NCBI GenBank assembly: GCA_963758635.1 | Contig: CAVWWD010000008.1 | Coordinates: 736,001-800,000, forward strand | DNA: 64,000 nucleotides | Reading direction: 5' to 3' | Source of the DNA: an uncultured Candidatus Rokubacteria bacterium | Lineage (GTDB): Bacteria > Methylomirabilota > Methylomirabilia > Rokubacteriales > CSP1-6 | Shown: in pieces, positions 10,337 to 21,159 of the stretch | Numbering within the stretch: the stretch's first letter is position 1 | How the letters are laid out: every line of letters begins with the position of its first letter | Notes under the pieces: model-generated | Seen by the model: the letters and a program-made list of their open reading frames with translations, nothing else | The model's database searches: none | Told to the model about the DNA's origin: nothing | Made by a program: the position numbers and the translations under genes

Positions 10337-10640
10337 GGGCCTTCGGCGCCGAGTCGCCTCTCTCGTCATGACTCCTCAGTGGTAGTCGTGGATGTCGTCG
10401 TCGGCCGGGCCGGAATCGGTCCATCGGAAGACGACTCGCCATTGGTCGTTGATGCGGATGCTATGGAACCCTCTCAAGCTTCCCTTGAGCGCCTCGGGCC
10501 GGTTGCCCGGCGGCGACGCCAGATCCGTAAGCGCGCCGCGTAGTCGAGCATGTCGAGCTTCCGGGCGGCCACCCTCCCGACGTTCGCCCAGCCGACGCCC
10601 TTCACGCGTCGCCCCGCCCGGAAGAATCGCTCGCTTGACG
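10337..10640 (-). pseudogene. higB: higBA relic 1: frameshifted HigB (RelE/ParE) toxin followed by only about 10 codons of higA
   Basis: [13 protein letters not shown] / [33 protein letters not shown], then GAGGAG-ATG MTREATRRRRP truncated. Confidence 0.8.
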
Positions 10641-10670
10641 GCGGCGGTGCGCGTGCCGAGACCCTTCCCG

Positions 10671-11747
10671 CTAGGCGAAGGCGGGGATGACGTGACGGCC
10701 AAACAGGGCGATCGACTTCATGATCCGCGCATGAGCCAGATTGCCCATCTGCATGAAGCAGAGGATCTGGTCTACCCCGGCCTCCTGGTACTTCTCGAGG
10801 ACCTTGATGACGCTGGGCGGGGTGCCCATGGCAAAGGCGCCCGACTCCATGTGGTCGCGGAAGGTCTTGCCCGTGCGCTCCTGTTGAATGGCCGAGACCG
10901 CGAACTTGTAGGAATCGGGCACGTGTCGCCCTTGCCAGGGGGCGTAGAGTTTCTCCGCCATCTGGACGAACCATACCCCTTCGGGCCCGGCGAACTCGTG
11001 CGCCTCCTCGTCCGTGTCGGCACAGTGGGTGACGCACAGCGCCGCGATCTGGTTGTTGACGAAGCTGCCGACGGGTTTGGCGTGCTTGATGCCCTCGCGA
11101 TACAGTGCGACCCGCTCGGCCATCTGTGCGTACCCGCCCAGGTTGAAGCAAAGGGCGCCCAGACCCATCTCGCCCGCCGCCCGGAAGCTGTCGGGCTGGC
11201 TGCACGCGACCCACAGCGGGGGATGCGGCTTCTGGACGGGCTTGGGAATGATCGAGCGCGGCGGGATCTGGTAGAAGCGTCCCTCGTGAGTGAAGGGATC
11301 CTCGGTCCACATGCGGGGAATCATGCCAACGGCTTCTTCCCACTGGGCTCTGGTCTCTTCGGGGTCGACTTGGAACCCGTCCATCTCGATCAGCGTGGTG
11401 GACCGCCCGGTACCCAGATCCATGCGGCCATCGCTGACGATATCCAGCACCGCGGCGCGCTCGGCCACCCGGACCGGGTGATTGTACTGACCCGGCAGCA
11501 GGGCGACGGCATGGCCGATGCGAATGCGCTTGGTGCGCTGGGAGATGGCCCCGTAGAGGACTTCCGGGGCCGAGCAGTGGGAAAACTCACGCAGGAAGTG
11601 ATGCTCTACGGTCCAGAAGTACTGGAAGCCGACCTCATCGGCCAGCTCGGCCTGGGCCATGACCTGCTTGTAGCGCTCATGCTCGATGCCGTCATGGTGG
11701 GGTTCGGGTATCTGAATCTCGTACATGAGGCCGAATTTCATGGTCAT
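10671..11747 (-). CDS. LLM-class (luciferase-like) flavin-dependent oxidoreductase
   Basis: [43 protein letters not shown]. Confidence 0.9.
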   Translation of the reverse strand: MTMKFGLMYEIQIPEPHHDGIEHERYKQVMAQAELADEVGFQYFWTVEHHFLREFSHCSAPEVLYGAISQRTKRIRIGHAVALLPGQYNHPVRVAERAAVLDIVSDGRMDLGTGRSTTLIEMDGFQVDPEETRAQWEEAVGMIPRMWTEDPFTHEGRFYQIPPRSIIPKPVQKPHPPLWVACSQPDSFRAAGEMGLGALCFNLGGYAQMAERVALYREGIKHAKPVGSFVNNQIAALCVTHCADTDEEAHEFAGPEGVWFVQMAEKLYAPWQGRHVPDSYKFAVSAIQQERTGKTFRDHMESGAFAMGTPPSVIKVLEKYQEAGVDQILCFMQMGNLAHARIMKSIALFGRHVIPAFA

Positions 11748-11931
11748 GTCAGTCCTCCCTGACAGGGATGGGCCCGCGTCGACCAGAAGTGGCGACCCTC
11801 CGCTCGTGCCCTGCCCGTCCCGGCCGTCGTCGGCCAGCGCTGCCCAGGAGCGCCACTCGTCCCGGCGCCGCTCACCCCGAGAAGCCGCACGCGGGGTCAG
11901 GGGCGCGAAGGACGTGTCGCAGAACTCCGTG

Positions 11932-12801
11932 CTACCCGAGGTGCTGATGGATGAACGCGGTCATCTGCTCGAGCGCCCGCTGGGCAACCGACGAGGAGAG
12001 ATTCTTCAGGAGACCTTCGCCCTCGCCTTCGAAGATCGTGACCTCGATCTGGCCGCCGGCCTGACGATACTGCCGGACGAACTCGTCGAGATCCGGGCGG
12101 GGGTGCGCCTCCTCGTAGCTGCGCGCGACGCACAGCACGGGGGGCGTGGCCGTCCGCTCGCCATGGGCCAGGATGCGCGCGGGCGCTCCCTCGGCCATGG
12201 CCTCTTCCGTCTGCCAGTACTGGTCGTGCATGGGCACCACGCGGTCGGCCAGCCCGGCGGGCGGGGTGCAATCCTGTCGCAGACCCTTCGCGTAGTGATA
12301 GCGCCCGAGCGGATCGATCACGGGAGACACCATGATCACGCAGCCCAGGGTGCCGTCCACCGAGGCGCCGCCAGGAAGGGGCAGCGCGGCGTAGCGTGAA
12401 TCGCGCGGGCGCATGCCGAGCAGCATGGCCTGGTGCGCGCCGCTGGACGTGCCCATGGCGCCGATGCGGTCCGGGCGTCCGCGCCACGCCTGAGCCTGGC
12501 TCTTGCACCAGCGAATCCCGTAGTGGATGTCGGCCAGAGAGGCCGGGTACGGCGCCACGGGCGGCACGCGGAAATCCAGCGCCGCCACGATCACGCCGTT
12601 CTTCGCAAGCGCCTCGTTCGCCGCGTTCCCATTTTCGCGAGCCCCCCGGACCCAGGCACCGCCGTGCAGCTCGACCATGATGGGGAACGGTCCGCTGCCG
12701 CGCGGCTTGAAGACAGTTGCCAGCAGGGGCTTGTCCCCGTGTCGGAGATACTCCACGTCCGCGACATCGACGTCATACTTGGTCTGCGTCCCTACGGCCA
12801 T
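11932..12801 (-). CDS. Alpha/beta hydrolase (HSL-like esterase)
   Basis: HGGAW, YPASLAD, GTSSG nucleophile elbow. Confidence 0.85.
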   Translation of the reverse strand: MAVGTQTKYDVDVADVEYLRHGDKPLLATVFKPRGSGPFPIMVELHGGAWVRGARENGNAANEALAKNGVIVAALDFRVPPVAPYPASLADIHYGIRWCKSQAQAWRGRPDRIGAMGTSSGAHQAMLLGMRPRDSRYAALPLPGGASVDGTLGCVIMVSPVIDPLGRYHYAKGLRQDCTPPAGLADRVVPMHDQYWQTEEAMAEGAPARILAHGERTATPPVLCVARSYEEAHPRPDLDEFVRQYRQAGGQIEVTIFEGEGEGLLKNLSSSVAQRALEQMTAFIHQHLG

Positions 12802-13454
12802 TTCGGGTCTCCCTTTCCTGGTGGGCTACGGGATCTGCATGAGCCTGGTCGACATTGATACCTTCTGCCCCTGGCCTCCTTCCCGACGACGTCATCCACA
12901 ACTCGCGCGCTCGAGCGACGGGCCCGGCGCGCACATGATCGGTCTCCTCGCGGGGCCCGAGGGCCGACCCAGGTTAAGCGCATGCTAGGTGATGCGCGCC
13001 GCCGCCGTCAATCGGGCCCGCTCCGCGAGCATCGCTCCACGGCGCAGGCACGAGTCCACGGCGGCGCGCTCGCCCTTGAGCGGCCTGGCCGCCGAACTCT
13101 CGGGCCTCAAGGCGCACACCTTCGCTTGAAGTGGGGCTGATGCCTCATGCGGCGATCTCCCCTTTGACGGGAAGAGTTCCGACCAGCGCGGAACCCGCCG
13201 GGGTTCTGTGCCTGCGGCTCCAGCGGCGGGGCGGGGTGCGGGGCTGCGGGCGTGATGGCCCGGGGACGGGGGCGTAGGCGTGGGGGAGCCGGAGCCGAGG
13301 GCGCGAGCGCGTTAAAGTTGACTACGCTCCGCGCGACACACGGGTTCGGGCCGGCGTGAGGATGTGAGGAGCTTGATGGCTTTCGCACTGCGGAAGCGTT
13401 AACAGGCGACTCCGGTCGTCATGATGTTCCATCAGACCTGGCGCCTCCGCCGGT

Positions 13455-14050
13455 ATGATCGACCTGGTGCTCGACCATCTGTACCTCATCGTCACGGGCG
13501 CAGGAACCGCGCGCCGGGTCCCTGGAATCCTCCCCCAGTTGGCCCAGCTGGGCCCACGCCTCGTCGTGATCCCCACGCCGAACGCGGCGCGGGTTGTCTC
13601 GGTACGCGAGATGGTGCTTGCCTTGCCGGCCGGGTCGCCCCACCGCGTGGTCGAAAGCTACTTCGACGAGGCGATCCTTCCGAGTCCGCCGTTCGGGCTG
13701 GTGGTGGTGGCGCCTTGCTCATTTAACTCGTTAAACAAGCTGGCCGCCGGCATCGCCGACAACCTGGCGCTGTCGGTCGTCGCCGAGGCGATCGGCCGCG
13801 GCACGCCGGTGATCGTCGCGGTCTCGGTCGGCCGCGGGCCGCGAGAAACGCCAAACGAAGTGTGTCATCGTGTGCGGGGCCGGTGGGGTACGTCGCGTCG
13901 GTCAACGTGCCGCTCTGGAACCACCCGAGGGCACGCGCCTCCGTCGCCGCCGGCGATGTCATCGACCCGGCGCCCGACGGAGACCTCATCACGATGGCGC
14001 CAGACGACGTTCTAATAGAGCGCGTCCGGCGTAGGCTCGCGAGCCCATGA
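13455..14050 (+). pseudogene. HFCD/PPC-decarboxylase-type flavoprotein interrupted by a 74-bp insertion
   Basis: APCSFNSLNKLAAGIADNL; VIVAVSV continues as NVPLWNHP in another frame after 13903. Confidence 0.75.
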
Positions 14051-14299
14051 TATGTTTCGCCACCCGCAGCCATCACGCCGGAGACAACGTCGATGTTCCG
14101 GCATTCGATGCGGTCTGTCGATTCGCTGCCGCTGCTCAGACCGCTCGAACTTGGGCTAGCCGGTTGACCGCGTGGTCGTCGTCCCAGCAGACGGCGGCCT
14201 CCCATGCGGCGGACGCTTGCGCGGCGATGTCGTGCGCGTCGCCGTCTAGACCGGCGGCGTTGTGGGGCAGCACCAGGTCGAGGTCGGGGACGTCGACGT

Positions 14300-14600
14300 G
14301 CGACCCCTCGCGCTCCACCGTGGACGGCAAGGACGCCCTGAGGTGCAGACGCTCGGCGAACGCGGTGTGGGTCCACACGAGGATGTCGCCGGCCGCGGGG
14401 AGCCCCCAGAGGGCCTCGTAGGCTCGGGTGCCTCGGCGCAGAGCAGGGGGGGCGTCGTCGGGGACGACCAAGAGCAGATCGTAGTCGCGTCCGGGCCGGC
14501 GGTGCCTCGCGCGTGCGAGCCGAAGAGATAGACGCGCTCGGGCCGGTAGGTCTCGACGAGGCGGCGCGCGATCTCGGCGCGGGTCGGGTCGTCGGCCGCT
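14300..14600 (-). pseudogene. Minimal nucleotidyltransferase (MNT) domain gene, frameshifted; no HEPN partner seen
   Basis: EIARRLVETYRPERVYLFGS / DYDLLLVVPDD..GDILVWT..SLPSTVEREG. Confidence 0.7.
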
Positions 14601-14674
14601 ACGGTGAGCTGGCCTCGGTCTTCGCGGGATCGATCGCCATAGCAGCGTGATTCTAACTAACAGGCCTCGGCGTC

Positions 14675-14689
14675 GCAATTCCGGTGCCG
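14675..14689 (-). promoter_or_regulatory. Sigma54-type (-24/-12) promoter
   Basis: CGGCACCGGAATTGC (GG-N10-GC) with upstream TTGCC/GGCAA inverted elements at about 14735-14760. Confidence 0.5.
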
Positions 14690-14964
14690 CAATAGTGCCA
14701 CTTGCCGGTGTGATTCAAGACCCGCCCAATCACTCTGCCAATTCTGCGATTGCCGGGCAACACCGCATGACGGGTGCTCTATGTCGCTCCCGGCGCGCCT
14801 GCTCCGGACGCGTGCGTCGTTCACGCTGAAGAACGGGACCGTATCCCGTTGGGCTTGCCGCACTGATGCCTTACCTTGCACTCGTGCGTGCCAACGGAGT
14901 AGAAGACGCGTGCTTGGGTGCGCTTCCTGGTGCCGGGTGTGCCATCCTCGGCCGGGCCACGCGC

Positions 14965-16296
14965 TCACGCCGTCCAGAGATCGATCGGCGTCTCCCGCCC
15001 GCGCAAGGAATGCGGGCCCTGCGACATCAGGCCGTCCAGCACGGCGAGATCGGCCCTCTCGCGCCTCACGGCCTCGACGAGCGCCGCGCTGACCACGATC
15101 GTCGCGCCGAGATCGCGCGTCAGCGACTGCAGGCGGCTCGTGACGTTGGTCGTGTCGCCGACGGTCGCGAAGGCCATGCTGCGCTGGCTGCCGATGTCCC
15201 CGGCCACGACCGGCCCGTAGTGCAGGCCGAGGCCCATGCGCATCGGCGCGAGGCCGCCCGCGGTGCGCTCCTCGTTCCACGTCTTCAGTGCCGCGAGCAT
15301 CCCGCGGGCGCACGCGAGAGTGTCCGTGGCGTCGCGCGGGCCGACGTCCGGGACACCGAACGTCGCGAGGAGGGCGTCGCCGATGAACTTCTCCAGGCAG
15401 CCGCCGTGCCGGAAGACTTCCGCTTCCATCCGTCCGTGGAAGTCGCGCAGCATCGCCATCACCTCTTCCGGCGTCATGTCCTCGGCCATCGAGGTGAAGC
15501 CGACGAGATCGGCGAAGAGCACGCCGACGGGCTGACGGCGCACGCGTCCCAGCGGCTCGTCGCGCTCGGCAAGCACCTCCACGACCTTGGGCGAGAAGTA
15601 GCGCGAGAGGTTGCCGCGGGCACGCTCGGCCTCGGCCCGCTCCGTGACGAGGTCGCGCGAGCGCCGCACGAGCAGCGCGAGCCCGACCCCGACCAGCAGG
15701 AACACGACGACCTCCGTCTGGAACTTGAGATGGGACACGTAGTTCGGCAGGAAATAGCGGGCGAGCCGCCCGCCCGCGTCCGCTCCGAGCGGGTCCGTCA
15801 CGATGCCGGGACGTCCCAGGATCCACGCGAAGCCCATCGTCCAGGCGGCGATGCCGCACAGCGTGCTCCACAGCAGGAGCCGCGGCCGGAACGAGAACGC
15901 CATCTGCATGAGCAGGACGAAGAAGTAGAGGAAGCTGGCGAACCGCAGCGGCATCGCCGGCGGGACCGCTCCGGTGGCGAACGGGTTTGGCGCCACGAGC
16001 ACGGCGGCCAGCAGCAGCGAATCCAGGAGGACGAACACGTAGGGTGCCGCTGGCGGGACGATGGCGCGCCAGTAGAGCCAGAGCTGGGCGAGCCCGGTGA
16101 CGAGGAACAACGCGGCCGTGCCCACGACCCACGCGTAGGCCTGCCCGCGCTCCGGGTTGACGACGGCCAGCCACGCAACGACCACGAGGGCGGCTGTCGA
16201 TCGGGCGGCGCTCGCCAGCATGAGCCCGCGACGCTCCTCGGCCGCGAACGCCGCGTCGAGGCGAGCGCGGGCGCCGTGATCGGGCGCCGTGGTCAT
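14965..16296 (-). CDS. Membrane-bound class III adenylate/guanylate cyclase
   Basis: About 6 TM helices, LFADLVGFT, EKFIGDA, VGDTTNVTSRL. Confidence 0.9.
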   Translation of the reverse strand: MTTAPDHGARARLDAAFAAEERRGLMLASAARSTAALVVVAWLAVVNPERGQAYAWVVGTAALFLVTGLAQLWLYWRAIVPPAAPYVFVLLDSLLLAAVLVAPNPFATGAVPPAMPLRFASFLYFFVLLMQMAFSFRPRLLLWSTLCGIAAWTMGFAWILGRPGIVTDPLGADAGGRLARYFLPNYVSHLKFQTEVVVFLLVGVGLALLVRRSRDLVTERAEAERARGNLSRYFSPKVVEVLAERDEPLGRVRRQPVGVLFADLVGFTSMAEDMTPEEVMAMLRDFHGRMEAEVFRHGGCLEKFIGDALLATFGVPDVGPRDATDTLACARGMLAALKTWNEERTAGGLAPMRMGLGLHYGPVVAGDIGSQRSMAFATVGDTTNVTSRLQSLTRDLGATIVVSAALVEAVRRERADLAVLDGLMSQGPHSLRGRETPIDLWTA

Positions 16297-16381
16297 TGGC
16301 TTCGCCCTCCCACGATAGATCGTCCGCGAAGTACGACGACGTCCTGGGTCAGCGGCGGCGTATCGTGCGCGTGGTCTAGCG

Positions 16382-16684
16382 TCAGCCCGCTCGGAGCAGC
16401 GGCTTCGGCAGGCTCGACAGGTGGCGCGCCGCCCGATGGAGGTCGACGGCCTTCTGAGCGTTGAGCCAGAACTCGGGCGAGGTCCGAAACGCGGCGCCCA
16501 GCTTCAAGGCCATTTCCGCGGTGACGGAGGTGCGGCCGTTGATGATGCGGTTGATGACCTTGAGATCACAACCGAGATGACCCGCTAGTTGTCTTTGCGT
16601 CAGGCGAAGGGGAAGCAGGAATTCGTCGCGAAGGATCTCACCCGGAGTGGTGGGCCTTCTGAGCCGAGTCACCTCTCTCATCAT
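16382..16684 (-). CDS. higA: HigA-family antitoxin (HTH)
   Basis: PTTPGEILRDEFL, INRIING, MALKLGAAFRTSPEFWLNAQ. Confidence 0.92.
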   Translation of the reverse strand: MMREVTRLRRPTTPGEILRDEFLLPLRLTQRQLAGHLGCDLKVINRIINGRTSVTAEMALKLGAAFRTSPEFWLNAQKAVDLHRAARHLSSLPKPLLRAG

Positions 16685-16690
16685 GACTCC

Positions 16691-16790
16691 TCAGTGGTAG
16701 CCGCGGATGTCGACGTCGGTCGGTCCGGAATCGGTCCAGCGGAAGACGACTCGCCATTGGTCGTTGTACCGTGATGCGGTATACCGGGTC
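16691..16790 (-). pseudogene. higB: 3' fragment of higB (relic 2)
   Basis: [24 protein letters not shown]; 5' portion missing. Confidence 0.8.
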
Positions 16791-16841
16791 AACGTATGCG
16801 CAGGGTCCTGAGGTATGGCCACTGAGACGCCTCTGGCGAGA

Positions 16842-18500
16842 CTATCGACGCCCTCGAAGTTGAGCGATGAACATCATGAGCAGTCCCAGCGTCACCAGCG
16901 GCCACGCGTCGGGCGCGGGAACGGACGCCGCGCTGTTCTCGACGCTCGCCACGACGAGGTCGAAGCTGAACCCGCTGCCGGGGTCGTGCCCCGTGGCCGT
17001 GAACAGGAAGTCCAGGTCGAGCTCTGAGGACGAGCCGAGGGCACGGATCGGACCGAACTCGAGGACGTGGTCGTCGAAGAACGCCATCGCCTCGAGCAGG
17101 TTCGTAAAGTCGACCGACAGCAGGGGAGAGCCGTTGCCGAGGATGTCGAAGGAGAGCTGGTCGACGCCCACGCTGGAGGTGATCGGCGTGAGGAGGCCGA
17201 TCCGCAGCTGGCCGTCCAGGGTCGTCAGGTCGACGGAGAGCGCGGCCGACGTGGAATGGTCGGCGGCGGAGCCGTCGCCCGTGGGCGGGTAGAGGCTCCC
17301 AAGGCCGATCCACGCCAGGACGTGGGTGAATGGGCTGCCGAGCTGGAGCCCCGCCACGGCGCTCGGGCTGCCGGCCGCAACCGCGTCGACGGCGTTCCGT
17401 TGCGGATCGCCGACCGCGAACGCCCCTGCCTGCAAGGCGTCCAGCTCTGCGCGGGCGGGCAGCGACCCACCGACCTGGGAGCGTGACGCGACCGCGGTGT
17501 CGCCGTTGGCCGGCGCGTCGACCTGTGTCACGAGGTTGCTCACCGTTCGGTTTCCGCCCACCGCGATCCCCGTCGCCGTCGCGCGCCCGCCCTTGCCGTT
17601 CGAGGTCGCGCTGGAGAGCCCGGCCAGGCCCCCTGACGCGCTGGCGGTCGACGTGGCCTTGCCGGTCGGCGCGAGCCGGGGGCCGGCGTTGGCGGTGGCG
17701 GTGGCGACGGCGACCCCGCGGGCGGTGGCGGTCGAGGTGGTGGTCGCGTCACCGTCCCGTTGCCCGGCGCCGCCTTGCGCGCTGGAGGTCGCGACGGCGG
17801 CCAGCCCACCCACGGCCGTCGCCGTGGCCGTTCCGGAGCCGCCGTTGCCGCGGCTTCCGTCGACGCCCGCCGGCCGCCCGGTGCCCGCCCGGCCGCCGGC
17901 GCCCCCTGCGCCGCCGGTGGCGGTGGCTGCCGCAAGGGGAGATCCGCTCGCCGTCGCGATGGCGTCGCCACCGTTCCGGCCGTCTCCCCCGTTGCCGCCT
18001 CGGCCGACGAGGTTGTTGCCGCCCGCGCCACCGGCGCCTCCCTTTCCACCGATGGCCTGCCCGACGGAGGAAAGCCCTCCCCGGGCGTCGGTCTCGGCGC
18101 TGCCTCCCGTGCCGCCGCGCGCGCCGTTGCCACCGTTGGCGGCCGCGCCGCCCTTTCCGCCATCGCCACCCGTCGCCTCCGCGTTGGCGGTGCCCATGCC
18201 GGCCGCGGTGGCCTCGGCGCGCGCCGACCCGCCGCCCGATCCGATGCCTCCGGCGCCGTTGGTAGCTCCCAGAACGCCGGCAGCCCCCCCGCTCGCTCCG
18301 GCCCCTGCCGTCGCCTGCGCCGTGGCGCTGGACGTGGCACTGACGGCGCGCGCGCGGGCATCCCCCGCGAAGCCTGCGTCGCCTCCCGAGCCAGTCGTGC
18401 TGGCCGCACCGTGAGCGCTTCCTCCATTGCCGCCGGCGCCGGCGCCGCCGCCCGTTGCCGTCGCCGAGGAGACTCCCGCGGCCGAAGTACACGTCGTCCA
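16842..18500 (-). pseudogene. Gly/Ala-rich surface protein with PEP-CTERM-like sorting signal, 5'-truncated
   Basis: GGxGGxGG/ATATA repeats; C-terminus SVPAP-hydrophobic helix-RGRR; no credible start or signal peptide. Confidence 0.7.
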
Positions 18501-18784
18501 TCCCCTACGGCCTCTGGGTGCATGGGCGCGTCGCGAGCGCGGCCGGGCGCTTCGCCGAGGCGCGCGAGCGCCTCGCCGAGGCGATCGACGGCATGCAGGA
18601 GATCCAGGGCGGCGTCTGGCTCGGCCGAGCCCTCGTCGATCTCGGCCTGGCCGAGATCGCGCTGTCGCTGCCCGAGGCGGCCCGGCAGTCCCTCGATCGC
18701 GCCGCCGCGATCTTCGCCGCCGCCGGCCTCCCCCAGGACGTTGAGCGGACGGCCGGGCTGCGGCAGCGGCTCTGTATCGCGTGA
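18500..18784 (+). pseudogene. C-terminal TPR-like fragment
   Basis: GRVASAAGRFAEARERLAEAI..LGRALVDLG..ARQSLDRAAAIF; 5' end missing. Confidence 0.55.
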
Positions 18785-18867
18785 GAGCGCCCGCCCGGTG
18801 CCGGCGTGCGCCCGTGCTACGGTATGGCGTGCTCGTGCAGCGCATCCCCACCCGAGGAGGCCTTCGC

Positions 18868-19263
18868 ATGCGTCGTATCGTCCGGAGCGCCAGGCTCGCG
18901 AGCGACATCCTGGCCGGCGTGGTCGTGATCATCGGGCTCGCAGGCGGGGCGCGGGCGCAGGAGATCGACCCGAAGTCCGTCCTCGGCGAGTGGCACGGGC
19001 AGTGGGTGCTTGCCTCCCAGCGCGGCGTGAGCGGGCCGTTCTACATGACCATCAAGAAGGTGGAGGATGGAAAGGTCTTCGGCCGGGTCGAGCGGCCGGG
19101 CGCCCGGGTGACGCCGGCGGACTTCGACTTCGTGGGCACGCTGGCCGGCAACGTGCTGAGCTTCGGCAGCGCCGCGAAGTCAGAGTTCATCATCGACGGT
19201 AAGCAGATGCGAGGCTCCATGCTGGGCGCCTCGCGCGTGGAAGTGGAGCTCCAGAAGCGCTGA
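18868..19263 (+). CDS. Small exported hypothetical protein
   Basis: RBS GAGGAGG, signal peptide ending ARA, beta-rich mature part (GEWHGQW). Confidence 0.7.
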   Translation: MRRIVRSARLASDILAGVVVIIGLAGGARAQEIDPKSVLGEWHGQWVLASQRGVSGPFYMTIKKVEDGKVFGRVERPGARVTPADFDFVGTLAGNVLSFGSAAKSEFIIDGKQMRGSMLGASRVEVELQKR

Positions 19264-19317
19264 GCGTTTCGTCGTCCGCGCGTGTCTTGTGCGCGACTAA
19301 CGACGGCGCAGGTCCTG

Positions 19318-21159
19318 ATGAACGACGCCTTTCCGCTCGCGCCCACGCAGCAGGAGATCCTGCTGCACGGGGCGCTGTCCCCGGGGACCGGCGCCTACCT
19401 GCTGCAGTGTCGCTACGACATGCGTGGGCCGATGGACCCCGCTCGGCTGTGGCGGGCCTGGCAGGCGGTGCTTCGCCGGCATGGGATGTTGCGCGCGGCC
19501 TTCGGGCGGCGAGACGGCGAGCTGGCGCAGGCGATCCATGCGGACGTGGAGGTTCCGTGCCAGGCCATCGACCTCCGCGGGCTGTCGTCGCCGGATCAGG
19601 AAGAGCGGCTCCGCGACTACCTCGAGCGCGACCGGTCGGCCGATTTCGACGTGAGCCAACCTCCGCTGATGCGCTTCGCCCTGTTCCGGCTGGGCGAGAC
19701 GCGGCACTGCCTCGCCTGGACCGTTCACCACCTGATCGTCGACGCTCGGGCGCTGACCGTGGTGAACCACGACCTTCTCGCCGCGTACCAGGACAGCTCG
19801 CTCCCGGAAGAGGCGCCCAGCTACCGCGCGTACGTCGACTGGCTCGGCACGCGTGATCCGCACGCGAGCGAAGCGTACTGGCGTGGGCGGCTGGCCGGGG
19901 TCCATGAGCCGACGCCGCTCCCGGGGGCGCCGTTCGGGGTGACGCGGGCCGGACTCGCCCCGGCGCCCAGATGGGCCACGGACGAGCTGCGCGTCCCCGC
20001 GGCGGTCCACACCGAGCTCAGGCGGTTCGCCGCGGCTCACGACGTGACGGTGAACACCTTGCTCCAGGGCGCCTGGGCCATGCTGCTCGCGCGCTACGCC
20101 GGCGAGGGGGAGGTCGTATTCGGGGCGGATCGGGCGTGCCGGCGCTCGGTGCCCGCGGCGCTCGCCAGCGTGGTGGGCCCGCTCGTGAACGTGCTGCCGG
20201 TGCGGGTGGCGGTCCCGCCGGACGCGCCGTTGCTTCCGTGGCTCCGCGAGCTCCGGCAGCAGTGGGTGACGCTGCGCGCTCACGAGCACACCGGCCTGCG
20301 GCGGATCGCGGCGTGGAGCGGCCTGGGCTCGCGCACCGGGCGCGCTGGCGCCCTCGGGAGCGCCGCGGAGGAGGCGTCGCCCGCGCGCCTGTTCGCGAGC
20401 ACGGTGAACTTCGACTCCCGCCCCTATGCCGCCACGTACCGCGTGACCCCGGACCTCACCTGGACCTTCGATTTCCGCGTTGACCCGGCGCAGCCCCTCG
20501 CCCTCTGGGGCTTCGGGGGCGAGGACCTGCTCCTGCGGCTCACCCACGACCGGGCGGTGGGCACCGCCGTGAGCGACCCGCCGGCGCCGCGTGACGACGT
20601 GGCCCAAGGTTGGCTCCGCCATGTCGCCGCGCTCATGCAGGGGATGCTCGCTCGTCCTGAAGGCCGTCTTGCCGCGATCCCCATGCTGGACGAGCGTGAG
20701 CGGCGCGAGGCGGTGCTGAGATGGAATCGTCCGGCAAGCGCGGATCCGCTCCGGGCGCCCCTGGCCCCCGCGGCCTGCTCGGTGGCGACGCTCTTCGAGC
20801 GCCAGGTGGCGCGTACGCCACAGGCGACCGCGCTCGAGTGGGAGGAGGACGGGGGCAGCCAGGTGCGCCGGCTCACCTATGAGCAGGTGAGCCGCCGGGT
20901 CAATCGGCTGGCGATGATCCTCCACGATCGGCTGGCGCATGATCGGCTGGCGGCAGGCCCCGGCGAGGCCGGGGGGACGTGGGAATCAGGGCCGGCCCCC
21001 GTCGGCGTGATGCTCGAACGGGGCCCTGACCTCGTGTGCGCTCTGCTCGCGGCCCTCAAGGCCGGGGCGCCCTTCGTGGCGCTGGACACGCCCTGCACCA
21101 TGTTCGTCGGCCCGGGCGGGTTCTTCAGAGCTGGGAGTCGACCGGCAACAGCCGGATGA
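19318..21159 (+). pseudogene. NRPS fragment: condensation domain plus the start of an adenylation domain
   Basis: FPLAPTQQ, HHLIVDA, VGPLVNVLP, LFERQVARTP, LTYEQV, LAALKAGAPFVALD; homology stops near 21090. Confidence 0.85.

Noticed and set aside
13338..13348. 11-bp match (ACACGGGTTCG) to the tRNA-Glu T-arm as a possible second att site
   Set aside because: Too short to exceed chance in a window this size and does not extend to the tRNA 3' end.
13000..13450. Possible ncRNA or leader peptide (MRHQPHFKRRCAP after AAGGGGAG, minus strand)
   Set aside because: No recognisable RNA motif or supporting context; may be another deletion stub, but this cannot be supported.
17540..18480. Repetitive region as CRISPR or satellite
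   Set aside because: Degenerate codon-level Gly/Ala repeats with no repeat-spacer structure; no CRISPR array or cas gene seen in the window.
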